A DNA stretch of 63,658 bases, filler included, from Diploschistes diacapsis (taxonomy: Eukaryota): assembly GCA_023645945.1 (NCBI GenBank). It is 28 parts of 28 records of this genome, joined end to end, with 100 filler letters (N's around TTAATTAATTAA, not from the genome) between each part and the next. Parts side by side here need not be neighbours in the genome. Positions count along the whole stretch, not along the records: positions 49,791 to 51,245 come from JALAIB010003063.1; positions 51,346 to 52,800 come from JALAIB010003064.1; positions 52,901 to 54,353 come from JALAIB010003065.1; positions 54,454 to 55,906 come from JALAIB010003066.1; positions 56,007 to 57,459 come from JALAIB010003067.1; positions 57,560 to 59,009 come from JALAIB010003068.1; positions 59,110 to 60,559 come from JALAIB010003069.1; positions 60,660 to 62,109 come from JALAIB010003070.1; 20 more parts are not named here. One strand, written 5' to 3'. The position numbers were made by a program, and so were the translations under genes. Positions 49,791 to 62,209 of the stretch are shown here, one piece after another. The notes below the pieces were generated by a model. That model was not told where the DNA came from. It worked only from the letters and a program-made list of their open reading frames with translations, and ran no database searches. The stretch's first letter is position 1. The number at the start of each line of letters is the position of its first letter.

Positions 49791-50687
49791 GTTAAGCCAG
49801 TATATAATTAACCTATACATCCATTATTTACATACTTTAAAAGGACTATTCCGCTACATTCGAAAGACAAAGAATACTAAGGTTCAGTTCGATACTAAAC
49901 CTAAACTTTCAAAATTACGGGGATATTCCGATATAAATTATAAAGGAAATAAGTTAAATCGAAAGTTTACGTATTAACATATCTTCTAGCTATACGGTAG
50001 ATCAATATCTTAAATAAATAAAAAACAGCTTAAATAAATAAAAAACAGAGTTCAGTTTTAACATTAATTATAAAAACTAAATATATTAATTTATTTCACG
50101 CCGTTAAATAGGTCTTATAATGCTTAAAATTCTTAAGAAATATTGGCTATCTTAACTTTATAGGACCATCTTTATATACTATTAATCTATTCGGTGATAA
50201 TATTGGTTTTTTAAACCTAATAAAACACGCGAGAATCAACGATCGTTTAAAACACGTCGATATTATTTATTATTACGTACGAGATCTTATTAAATAAAAA
50301 CGTATTAAAGTATCTTATGTTATTAACGAACTTACGAAATTATTAAACTACTCGAAACACGACGTCTTTATTAAGGGACTCGGTTTAGTTTAAAAGATAT
50401 TTAGTTGAATTATATAGATATGCTGAACGATTCCGTTTATAAAAAAATATTGAGCAAATAAGTAGAAGACATGGCTAAAAATTCGACTGAATTCCAGTCG
50501 AAAATTCAATTCAACTGAATTCCGAGGTATAGTTCAGCTGAATTTCCTGAAACTCTAACTAGACCGATCGGGAATAATGTTGGTAATAAGGCTTAGCGGA
50601 ACCTGTAGGGTATAAAAGTCTGCGCAGTAGGATATTTTTATAGGATAAGACCTCTAGACTTCAATATATCCATTACGTTGCCAAACA
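49791..50687 (+). mobile_element. Copia RT/RNase H remnant and 3' LTR (family B)
   Basis: GYSD, RKFTY, FGDN and RLKHVDIIYYYVRD motifs. LTR at 50448-50687. Confidence 0.85.
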
Positions 50688-51909
50688 GAATGGAACATTA
50701 TAGCGCTAAATTAATAATAAAAATAAAATATATCGTAATACTCTGCGTACTACGGAAAAAGATACGGGTAAATTTCTTTAATTTATGATTCGATAACGAA
50801 ATAAAAAATTTAATAATAAAAGAAAGATTTACGTTCCGTTAGCAAGCTAACCCCGAATAGATCGCGGAGATCCGGCGTGTAAAAAAAAAAGCTATTAAAG
50901 TAAAAAAAAGAACGATCTTTCGAAAACACGTAGAAAAAACTAGGCTGGCCGTCACTGACACTGACACGGCCGTGTCAGTGTCCGTGTTTTAGATTTATTA
51001 GCTGCGGTATTCGTGTCCGTGGATTTACGGAAGTGCAGTGTCCGTATTAGTATCAATGTTTTAAAATTTTTAATTACAGTATCCGTGTCCGTGTTTTTAA
51101 TATAATGCAGTGTCCGTGTCAGTGTCCATATCGAAAAAATTTTTATTGCGGTTTCCGTATCCGTGCATTCACCGAAATACTTTAAATTATTTTTTTAATT
51201 TTAATAATTCTGGAATTATCACGCCTATTTCTCACGCTTTTATTTNNNNNNNNNNNNNNNNNNNNNNNNNNNNNNNNNNNNNNNNNNNNTTAATTAATTA
51301 ANNNNNNNNNNNNNNNNNNNNNNNNNNNNNNNNNNNNNNNNNNNNCATTTATTACGAAAAAATAAGGAGTATTCTTTTAAATAAATTTAAAAAAAATTAA
51401 AAATTAAAATAAAAATTAAATGAAAAAAAGTATCGCGCTTATAATAAATATAAACATATAAAAAGAAAGATAATGAAATAGCCCAACCCAAAGGCCTACC
51501 AAACTGAACCTGCCAAACTATAGCAGAATTAATGCTTAAAGGCCTGCCAAACCACGGTAGAATTAATACCCAGGTACTTGCCAAGCCACGGCAGGATTAA
51601 TACCTAGGTGCTTGCCAAGACACGGCAGGGTTAATGCCCAGATGCTTGCCAAGACACGACAGGGTTAGGGGATGGTTATATAAACGGGTAATCCCCGAAT
51701 CCCGATAAATTTAATCTTTATATTACTTAACGGTACCTTCCTTTCACTTAAATAGTTTTTTTTTTAGTTTTTCGAATCGAGATCTTTTACCTGCAGATGC
51801 CTAAGCTATATCTAATCCTTCCGGATCAGGCCCAGCCCCCGATAGAATAGCATCCTTTCCTGCGCTGGCGTTTCAGTTAACGAAAAATCTCCGACCCCTT
51901 TTTTTTTTT

Positions 51910-52757
51910 TAATAACGATCGAAGTTCAGCTAAATTATTACGTTAAACCCGTCGATTATTTCTATTATTTTTCGACATTTAATAGTATCGTTACTTACGT
52001 TACTGGATTTAGTCGAATCTTTTAATAACAGTCGAAGTTCAGCTGAATTTTTACGCTGAACCTTATCGATTATCTTCGTTAACTTTCGATAATTAATAGT
52101 ACCGCTATTTACGCTGCTAGATTTAGTCGATTCCTCGATAATCTTCGAAATCTAGCCGAAACGTTATTTCCGCCGCTAGAACCTTTCGATCTCCGATAAT
52201 GATCGATATTCAGCTATACCGCCGCTGAACTTCTTCGATATCTTCGTCAATATCGAGAATTCAGTTGCATTTATTGTTAAATCTGCTCGATGTTCTTCGA
52301 CAATCATCGAAAGTTCGGCTGAACTAATGTTGAACTCATTCGACCAAAAAGGGCAACAAGATGGAAGATAACTTATCCGATAAGCGAATTATTCCCATCC
52401 TTTCTCGCTAGTGGCGTGCGAAGTTATTATATTACTCGAAGCAGGAAACTCGGTCTAAATTAAAAGATCCAGTTAGATTAGACATGCTGGATGGTTCCGC
52501 CTGTGAAAGAGTGTTGAGCGGATAGGTAGAAGGATGGTAGGCTCCGACCTAATCCCGGAAGGTTTAGGTCAGGTGAATTAAGAAGTTCAGTTCAGCTGAA
52601 CTTCTTCCTAAACCTACTAAAATTCTGACTAGATCGGTTCGGGAGTAGCGAGGGCAGTAGGGCTTAGCGCCCACCGTGGAGGATAAAAGTCTGTACAGGA
52701 GGATACCTTATAGGATAAGACCTCTAGACTTCAATAGATCAATTACGTTGATAAACA
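51910..52757 (+). mobile_element. Non-coding Copia-B derivative: tandem array, PPT and LTR (52512-52757)
   Basis: Colinear with 34635-35328. No RNase H coding sequence before the PPT. Confidence 0.75.
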
Positions 52758-52900
52758 GGTTATTCGATTTTAATCGAAGGAATCTATATTATAAATAAAC
52801 NNNNNNNNNNNNNNNNNNNNNNNNNNNNNNNNNNNNNNNNNNNNTTAATTAATTAANNNNNNNNNNNNNNNNNNNNNNNNNNNNNNNNNNNNNNNNNNNN

Positions 52901-53821
52901 CATATACTTAACGGTCTATACGAAATCAGATATTACATTTATTATTAAAAAACTAAGCCAATACATAATTAACTTATACACCCATCATTTATACGTTTTA
53001 AAAGAACTATTCCGCTATATTCGAAAAACAAAGGATATTAAAATTCAGTTCAATTCTGAAACTGAATTTTCAAAATTATAAGGATATTCCTATATAGATT
53101 ATAAGGAAGACAAATTAGATCGAAAGTCTACGTATAAACACATCTTTTAACTATACGATGGATTAATATTCTAGATAAGTAAAAAATAAAGCTCAGTTTC
53201 AACGTCAACTACAGAAGCTAAGTATATTGATTTATCTCACGCCGCTAAATAAGCTTTATGGTACTCATAGTTTTTGAGAGATATTGGCTATTTTAATTTT
53301 ATAAAACCATCTTTATATATTATCAATTTACTCGATAATAATATTAATTCTTTGGACTTAGTAAAGCACGTAAGGATTAACGATCGTTCAAAATACATCG
53401 ATATTACTTATCATCACGTACGAGATCTAGTTAAGCAAAGACGTATCAAGATGTCTTATATTTTTATCGATAAAATGGTTATTAATAAACTTACGAAGTT
53501 ATTAAATTACTCGAAGCACGACGTCTTTATTAAAAGACTCGGTTTAGTCTAAAAGATATCTAGTTAAACTATATAGTTATGCCGGACGATTCCGCCTATA
53601 GGGAAATGTTGAATAGATAGGTAGAAGGCATGGCTGAGAATCTAACTAAGTTTTAGAAAGAGGTTCAATTCAGCTGAACCTTTTGGAATCCCAACTAGAC
53701 CGGTTTAGGAATAGTGTAGGTAATAGGGCTTAGCGTATCCCATAAGGATAAAAGTCTGCAAAGTAGGATAACCTCCTAGATAGACCTCTAGACTTCAATA
53801 CATCCATTACGTTGCTAAACA
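52901..53821 (+). mobile_element. Copia RT/RNase H remnant and 3' LTR (family B)
   Basis: VSTSTTEAKY and RSKYIDITYHHVRD motifs. LTR at 53607-53821. Confidence 0.88.
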
Positions 53822-54682
53822 CATTTATTATATCAATCTTCTTTATTTACGAAAACTGTAATCATAAAAGATATCATAAGTAAGAAAAAAGTAGCTCTAA
53901 TATTAAGTAAGGAAAATTATAAAGAATGATTTATATTAATTAAGAATTATTTTTAAAGCGAAGGAATAAACGACGTGTTATTCTACGAAATATCGCTTAA
54001 TTATGGTACCCATATTCCAGCATCGAGCAATTAGTTCAGTTTAATACTTAAATTTTTGTATATTAGGGATCAATGGCGAAAGTATTAGGTTAAAGCTAAT
54101 TATTAAATATATTTTTATATAAACGACGTCGATTACGAACGTATCGAGGACCTTAATACTCTTTACGCCAAATAAATATCTTTTAAGGTTAAGTACGAAA
54201 AAGTTATTAAAAGCGAATGCCGATAATTACGACTCGAGTTCACTATATATAAATTTTCGAACGATCAATTAATCATAAATGCTTAAATACACCTAATTCG
54301 CATCTAAAAGAAAATCAATGCCACTAAACTAAATTAAAAGTTCAATACTAGACNNNNNNNNNNNNNNNNNNNNNNNNNNNNNNNNNNNNNNNNNNNNTTA
54401 ATTAATTAANNNNNNNNNNNNNNNNNNNNNNNNNNNNNNNNNNNNNNNNNNNNATATAGTACCTGTTAAACCCCATTAAATCCGATATTATTAGTATTAA
54501 TTAATTCGAATATTATCAAGAATTTATTATTTTAGCGAAAATACTTTATAATATAATAATAATAATTAAATAATTACGTAATTATGATTATATAATCATT
54601 AATTAATTATTAGTATTATATTATAGTTATTAATTTTTTTGCTTACGTAATATATTAGTAAAAAAATGATTGGCCTCGTCAT

Positions 54683-54850
54683 CTTTGCCGGTTTTCGCCA
54701 GTTTCGCCGGTTTCGTCAGTTTCGCCGTGTTTCGCCAAATCTTTTGGCGAAAGTTGGCGAGTCGCTTAAACGCATTATCTGTCGCCCACCTCGCCGGTTT
54801 GGCCAGTTTCGCCAACTTCGCGGATTTTCGCGGTGTTTCGCCGCCAAAAA
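54683..54850. repeat. 9-bp tandem motif (TTTCGCC-RG) cluster with internal inverted repeat
   Basis: TTTCGCCAG TTTCGCCGG TTTCGTCAG TTTCGCCG, then hairpin TTTCGCCAAA-TCT-TTTGGCGAAA. Confidence 0.75.
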
Positions 54851-56599
54851 CTTTTCGTGATGAAGATTGACCTTCAATCTAAGAACGTATATTATATATT
54901 TTAATATAAAACGTTATTATCTTGTTTCAATTTAATCTTTTTAGCGTAATCTGAATAGAGCATTCTTTCCCCGATTTTAATTCGTTGTCTTCGAATAGGA
55001 GTGAAGTGTTTAAGCAGATATAGCTGATTAATTATATATAATAAAACGTTAGTGTTATCGATTCATTTAGTAGAAATAATCTTATTTTTAGTGATAGCGT
55101 TTTTAGCTGTGTTATTATCTTCATTATTATATTTTGGTCGGGGTTTAGATTTAGGTTTAGATTCTAAACTTTCTGAATTTTCATCGTCTGAACTTTCTGT
55201 ATTATAGGCGCGCTTGTTTTTATCTTTCTTATCGCGGATGTTTCGGGATTCTTTTTTTTTCTTCCGCTTCTTATCTTTTGTTATAATGATCATTTGTTTA
55301 AATTTTTTAGCGAGCTTGTATTATATGACGCGATGATTATGGTTTTTATAAAATAAATATCTTTTTATTAGGCTAAAATGGCGGCGTCGTTTTTTGTCGG
55401 GTCGTTTTTAGTAGGTTCGAGACGGTCTATCGTGACGAAGAAAATATATTATAGTTTCGTTTATTAGTTTTTTTATTTATCGGTTAGTCTGTTAAGCTAT
55501 TTATCGAAATCGATATCGGCGGATGAAACACCGTCGATCTGCGTATTAATGACGTCGATAATAATTCCGTAATTAAGCGGTAATGTTATAAGTAATTGTT
55601 GAAAGGGAACTTTTAGGGCGTATTCGGTTCGTTTATACGACAGCTTTTTTGAAAGTTTTATTAAATGTATTTAAGTTTTTTGAATAGTAATGCCGTTCTG
55701 AAGTTTATAGTTGGTAAACTCGAGGTTCAATTTAGGCTGGCCGTTTCGTGCCACGGACACCGCAGCAAAAATTTTTAAAACACGGACACTAATACGGACA
55801 CTACATTTCCGTAAATCCACGAACACGGACAACGCAACTAAAAAATTTAAAACACGGATATTAACACGGACATTACATTTCCGTAAATTAATTAACACGG
55901 ATACTANNNNNNNNNNNNNNNNNNNNNNNNNNNNNNNNNNNNNNNNNNNNTTAATTAATTAANNNNNNNNNNNNNNNNNNNNNNNNNNNNNNNNNNNNNN
56001 NNNNNNAAAGTAAATCTATCGAAATATCGCGGTATAATTTTTTTAAGAAAATAAAAATATAAAAAATAAACGTGATAATTCTAGAATTATTAAAATAAAA
56101 AAATATTAAAAAATATTTCGATAAATATACGGATACGAATACCGTAATAAAAAAAATTTCGATACGAATATTAATACGAATATTATATTATAATAAAAAC
56201 ACGGACACGGATATTATAATTAAAAACTTTAAAATATTAATATTAATACGGATAATATACTTCCGTAAATCCACGGACACGGACATCGCAGCTAAAAAAT
56301 CTAAAACACGGATACTGAAACTGTTAGTGTCCGTGTCACTGACACGGCCGTGTCAGTGTCAGTGACGGCCAGCCTAGGTATTAGACTATCGATTATAACG
56401 TTATAATACCCTTTTTCGATTAATACGGCCTCCATCCGTATTGACCAGACATCCTAGTTATTGATATCACGTAATCTAAAGATTTTTATGACTGAATCGC
56501 CCATTTTGCCGAATGGGGACTAGTGTCGTGATTTTATAAAATAATTAGATTAGATACCCCTAAGGTCCTCTGGTTCAAAAACAGATATTTCGAACTAGT

Positions 56600-57151
56600 G
56601 TTGCTTAAATAGGAATAGTCGTTCCGGGCTCATAACCTGTTGAAAATAAAAATGGGGTGACTAAATAGACAAGTAATGATTAGGGAAATAATGTTAAATA
56701 TAATAGTAATATATTATTATTGTAGGAGGTAATGAATGAAGATAAAGATAGCATTAATAAAGACGAGAAATAAAAGATCTTTTATAGACACATTTCACCT
56801 AACTAACGCTTAATGATTAATCTACATTTAATCTCCGATAATATTGGATTTATAATCCAACATCATGCGCCCCATAATCCAACATAATAATAAATCTAAT
56901 TTCCTCCTATCTCGTATTCATGGTCCTAGTATTATTAGATTATTAATCCAATATTTGGATTAATGATCTAATGATCTAGACCATCTGCAATCCCACTTAA
57001 TAGTCCATAACTACTAGTAGGATGTTTGACTATAGTTAGTAAGATGTTCAACAGTTGTTAATAGCGTGTCCTAAAGGGTTAAAGAACCTTCAGGGTCCTA
57101 CTAATGTTAACTAGTCAGATAGACTAACCCATTTAGGTTAATAATCTGACA
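56600..57151 (-). mobile_element. Copia family-C 5' LTR with intact PBS
   Basis: The minus strand reads ...TTTTCAACA|GGTTATGAGCCCGG, the canonical fungal copia PBS. Confidence 0.85.
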
Positions 57152-58202
57152 CCCCGTTTATACGATTTTATTAAAAATGAAACGCGTTTCGGCGCGGTTG
57201 TTTTTTATATTTTTACATCGACGGCATCGCTTCGCAATCGTACTAAAAACGTGACTGATATGTATTATGATCTCTATCTCTACAAGGTAGACACAAGGTA
57301 TAGATCAAGGTGGGTTTGGTCTCGTTTAGAAGAGGAGTGCAAGCAGGAGAAGAAGGTAGAGCAGTTACAGGTCTTGACTGTCTCTAGAAAGGAATTTCTC
57401 TAATAATAAAAATAACGAATATAGATTGATCCCGAGTAAGGATTAAGGATGTTTATAAANNNNNNNNNNNNNNNNNNNNNNNNNNNNNNNNNNNNNNNNN
57501 NNNTTAATTAATTAANNNNNNNNNNNNNNNNNNNNNNNNNNNNNNNNNNNNNNNNNNNNCCCCCCCCCCCCCCCCCCCATTTATTGGGAGCGGATGCGAG
57601 ATGGGATTGTTGGCGCATGGACCACCGCTGGCGGCGCTGGGGCGCTCTTCTATTTCCCTTTCGGAAGAGTGGAAACAGCCTTGGCAGCATGCCTGGGGGA
57701 CTACATGGGCTGTTTTGAGGGCAGCGAGACATCAGCGCGGATGCTCGATACGCCCTAGGAACGATCGAGACTTCATATTGCGTTTTACGAATTCCCGGTG
57801 TCTATGGCATGTCTTCAAAGATCACAGTTAAAAGGGCTCTGTAAATACCGAAATCCACATCCGATAATCGGAACCCAGCAGCAGCTGGAACCTTTCGAAT
57901 TAATCGTAAGCAAGAGGGAACATTGCACCTCGATTGGCTCTTGTTGTTGCCCTTGAGCGAAATAGAACCCCATCTTTAAGCCTTCTTCCAATCCCTGTTG
58001 ATAACCGCCCCCCCCAAAACACACATATTGTATGCTACCGCAGCTTGCAATGGAACACACGCTGTGCTCCTCGCAACGATCCAGCGTAGTCCCCCCAAAC
58101 TTTATACAACAATCGCTTGACCCCACGGGCAATGCTCTCCGGGCGTATAGAAAAGGCGCATATGGCCCGGACCCAAGTTCGGCTCGGACGTTTCCTCCGC
58201 CA

Positions 58203-59008
58203 TCAACGCTTGACCCACGTCGGCATCTTCCTCGCCTTAACGTGTCCCGGCTTCTTCCTCTCCACGCGTCGCGGATCGCGCCTGATCACACCAGCTGTTT
58301 CAGGAAGAAAAAAACCAAATCAGCATTACTTCGTCCCCGAAGATCCTCAGACAAAACACGCACACAAAAACAACCAGAAAAGAAAAGCAGAGACTCACCC
58401 CTCCTCAGCGCCGGCTTCAGCGCCGGCTCGTGCACCAGCAACGCCCTCCCCACCGCCATTGCCATGGCCTCCGCCCAGCCCGTGGTGCCGCCCCCGCCGC
58501 ACTTGGCCCAGACGTTGTACCTGGCCATCCTGCCGAGCGCGACGAGCGGCCACAGCGCGCTCTCGCGATCGTGCATGCGCGCGAAGACCTGGTTCAGGCT
58601 CTTGCCGTTGACCAGCACCCTGCCCTCGCCCTCCACCAGCCAGGCCTGCACGCTCGCGCTCTTCCGCTTCCCGCGCCCCAGGCCGCGGCCCCACTCGTCG
58701 ATGACCTCCTGCCTGCGCTTGCCCGCCAGCGGATCGATGGGCCGCCGGTGGAAGTCGAGCGCCTCCTTGACGGGCGCGGGCATCAGGGCCGGGACGATCA
58801 GGTTGAGGCGGGCGCAGAGGCGCATGATGCGGCGGTGGCGGGCGGCGGGGACTTCCTCGCCGACGGAGAGCCGGTAGGCGACGAGTTTTTTCCACGAGGC
58901 GCGCGGGGCTTCGCCGGGGGGCAGCGTGGGCAGGGTCTGGTAGGCGCGCAGGAGGCGCTGGAGGTGCAGGTGGTCGTCCGTTGTGGCCGGCTTGGTGGTG
59001 AAGTAGGA
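58203..59008 (-). CDS. MRPS9: Mitochondrial ribosomal protein uS9m, 3' part
   Basis: [26 protein letters not shown]...[10 protein letters not shown]...ALRR, intron 58295-58398, then [30 protein letters not shown]. Confidence 0.94.
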
Positions 59009-59109
59009 GNNNNNNNNNNNNNNNNNNNNNNNNNNNNNNNNNNNNNNNNNNNNTTAATTAATTAANNNNNNNNNNNNNNNNNNNNNNNNNNNNNNNNNNN
59101 NNNNNNNNN

Positions 59110-59770
59110 AAGAATATATAAAATATAAGATATATAAATAACGACGTTATAGATCTCGATATTTTAACTAATAAACCCCGGCTTAATTAAAAGAAAGGAG
59201 CTAAGGGACTTAACGGGGGACCTTTAATAAAAGGAAAGAAGTGCTTTAAATATGGTAAGATAAGTTATTTCGCTCGAGATTATAGATCTAAGAATAAGAT
59301 CGTTAAAAAAGATATTTTAATAACGATAAATTAGTATTATTTTAACGTAATTATAATTATTCTTATAAAAGACTATCCGACCGACGAATAACCTTAAAAG
59401 GAAGTTATAATTAATTCGGATACCATAACCTAGCAAAACGATACCGACGATTTAATTAATAAAGATATCGAACTCACGTTTACATAAGCGAGAACATTAA
59501 TTACGTAGATTTTAAAAGATAATAATATTTCGAACTTAAATGTAACGGAATATAAAAAATCGGTTTAAACGTATGATTTAATCTTTAATATTAAATTAAA
59601 TATTCGAGGATTTTTAAGAATTAATTTAAGCGAAGAAGCAGCGTATATGTTTCGCATTTTAAAAAAAGTTATAAATAAGGAAAAGTATCTTCGAAGAAAA
59701 GCTTTTATCGTTAATAATCGGAAATATTTAGATTATATAATCTTTAACGAATATAAAGATTTCGGATACG
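59110..59770 (+). mobile_element. Gypsy gag C-terminal remnant (degenerate zinc knuckle)
   Basis: KKCFKYGKISYFARDY is a RIP-mutated CxxCxxxxHxxxxC. Confidence 0.6.
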
Positions 59771-61616
59771 ATTATTGTCAGTTTATAGTCAAATTGTAGT
59801 GTGTATAGAAGATGGATTTCAAAAGCTACTGAGGGCAGCGAGCCCTTATAGTTACAATAGGTAGGTGGGTGCCCATAGCTATTGTAGATGGGTGGATGCT
59901 TAGTGGCATCCATCATGGCGTCACTAACGACATCAGCAAGTGCAAGTGCAAGCGACACCCCTTTTGGTGGCAGTAGTAATGGTAGTAGCAGTAGCAACAG
60001 CTAGTAGTTATAATAGTTATTACAATATCCACCGATATAAAATGTTTATGTTTACATAAGTAGTGTCCTAAATAGGTATTAAATAAGCGAGATAAATCCT
60101 CGATATTTGATCTTAAAACATCCTAATAATATCTCTTATATTGCTTTTTTTTCTCCTATCCCTAAGATAACTCTATTCTTCTATCAAGATTATTTCCTTA
60201 TTATAGACATAGCTTTAGTTCTATATCTTTAGTAAACCTATATTCACGACGTCGTTATGCTTCTGCTCGAACTCGGCGATCCGGTTTATTAAATGTCGCT
60301 ATAACTCTCGTTCGGTGATCTATATGTTATCGATGGCATCGTATCCGATCTATCGTATCAAATATTACGTATTCTATTTACGTCTTTTACGTATACGGCG
60401 TTTAATTAATAGTTATTCGATTTCGAATTTTTCGTCGATCTCGATCGTCATAGGCAGCGGCGGTAAGGATCGTTTACGATAAAGGTCGTTAGCTGGGTCT
60501 AATATCGGCTCGAGATACGTAATATTAATAATATCGTAAATATAATAATAGTCCGGTAGNNNNNNNNNNNNNNNNNNNNNNNNNNNNNNNNNNNNNNNNN
60601 NNNTTAATTAATTAANNNNNNNNNNNNNNNNNNNNNNNNNNNNNNNNNNNNNNNNNNNNTGGTGGAGGGGTGCTCTTGGCGAAGAGTGGTGGTGGTGGGG
60701 ACAGGATGGAGATTGTGGAGGGGTGAGGGATTAGTTAAGGTATGCGGGGGGCTATGAATGCGGAGGATTTCGACTTTGATGGGATAGGGGGATAATGGGA
60801 CAGGGAGCGTGGCGACGGTGAAGAAATTAGGGGTCGCGGATTTGATACGATAGATATGCCTGGGGCCTCTAGTGGGAGGATGGTGGAAATCAAATGTTAG
60901 AGACAAGGCTAAGGTTGTGCAACAACCCGCACTATGGCCTTGAGGCGAAAGGCTCCTTTCCATGATGCTGGACTGGCTATCTCTCGACGAGAACGCAGTG
61001 ATCCACCTTAGGTTGAAGGTGAAGTCCATAAGGGAGATGCATCCCAGAGGCCAATAGGACAAATGTATCCAATATCCTCACCACGCACAAGCGAGACTCT
61101 GAGCATACTACCTAGCCGAAGGGAATTGTTTCATCCTGCCACAAGAATCCCTAGAAGCATTCTAGTTAAGGGAAGATCTCCGCTTCCTAAGGTCAAAGTG
61201 CCAATACAGCCTTACCTGACCTTACCTCTTCCTACTGCGACTAAAAATACATGTACACTTACCAACGTCAAGTCGGAAAGGAAAAAAGCAATCAAAAGCT
61301 ATCCGAATATCTCACCATGTCCACCAGAGAGCAAGTGACCTTGAATAAGGGGTATCGTGGAAAGTGTAAGACCCTAGGTTTTCGATCGAGATAAGGCTGC
61401 AACGACCGTCTTACCCTTTGTAAACGTTGTACCTCGGAAAGCTGCTAGACAGTTACAGACTTGAAGCGGTGTTCTGAGAGACGAATGTGGTCGACGAGAT
61501 CTTGACTGTGAAGGTGAGAGGCTGGCATTGTAGCAATCTTACCCGACAAGGTAAGGGATGCAACAAAGGTGGAGTGGTGTGGGAACCCACCCAACAAACC
61601 ATGCATAAGACATTGA

Positions 61617-62109
61617 CTAGTATCTTCGCTTACGGGGATCGTCGTAGCCGGGGTCGTCGTAATGCCTCTTCCTGCTGCCCAAGTCATCCTCTCGGCGTCC
61701 CCCACCAAAGCTACGATCTCTTTCTTCCCTAGGTCGGTCATAGTCTGCATACCCACCATCTCTCGGCCTGCCAGAGTATCCGCCGGGACGGCCGTCGCGG
61801 TCGCCAAAACGTCCACCACTGCCGCGATGGCTGGACCTGTCGTCGTATGAGCCATTGCGTCTGTCGCCATACCCACCACCGCTGACATCCGGAGGAGGGC
61901 CATTCATTCCAGCGGGAGGACCACCGGATCCACCGAAACCACCACCACCACCAAAGCCGCCACGACCTCCACCAGGTCCAGAAGGTGCATTAGGAGGAGG
62001 AGCGCCACCCCCAAAGCCGCCTCTACCTCCACCAGGACCGTCTCGGTATCCGATCCCCCCTCTTCCAAAGCCTCCACGGCCGCCGCGGAACCCTCCACCG
62101 CGATCTCCC
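61617..62109 (-). CDS. C-terminal RGG/RD-rich part of an RNA-binding protein, most likely U1 snRNP 70K
   Basis: Open frame from the gap: GGGFRGGRGGFGRGGIGY...PPNAPSGPGGGRGG...RKRHYDDPGYDDPRKRRY*. This ending resembles filamentous-fungal U1-70K proteins. The RRM is lost in the gap. Confidence 0.65.
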
Positions 62110-62209
62110 NNNNNNNNNNNNNNNNNNNNNNNNNNNNNNNNNNNNNNNNNNNNTTAATTAATTAANNNNNNNNNNNNNNNNNNNNNNNNNNNNNNNNNNN
62201 NNNNNNNNN

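Noticed and set aside
51910..52345. Semi-regular array as CRISPR-like repeat-spacer structure
   Set aside because: Units are degenerate along their whole length with no constant repeat, and the array is colinear among TE copies.
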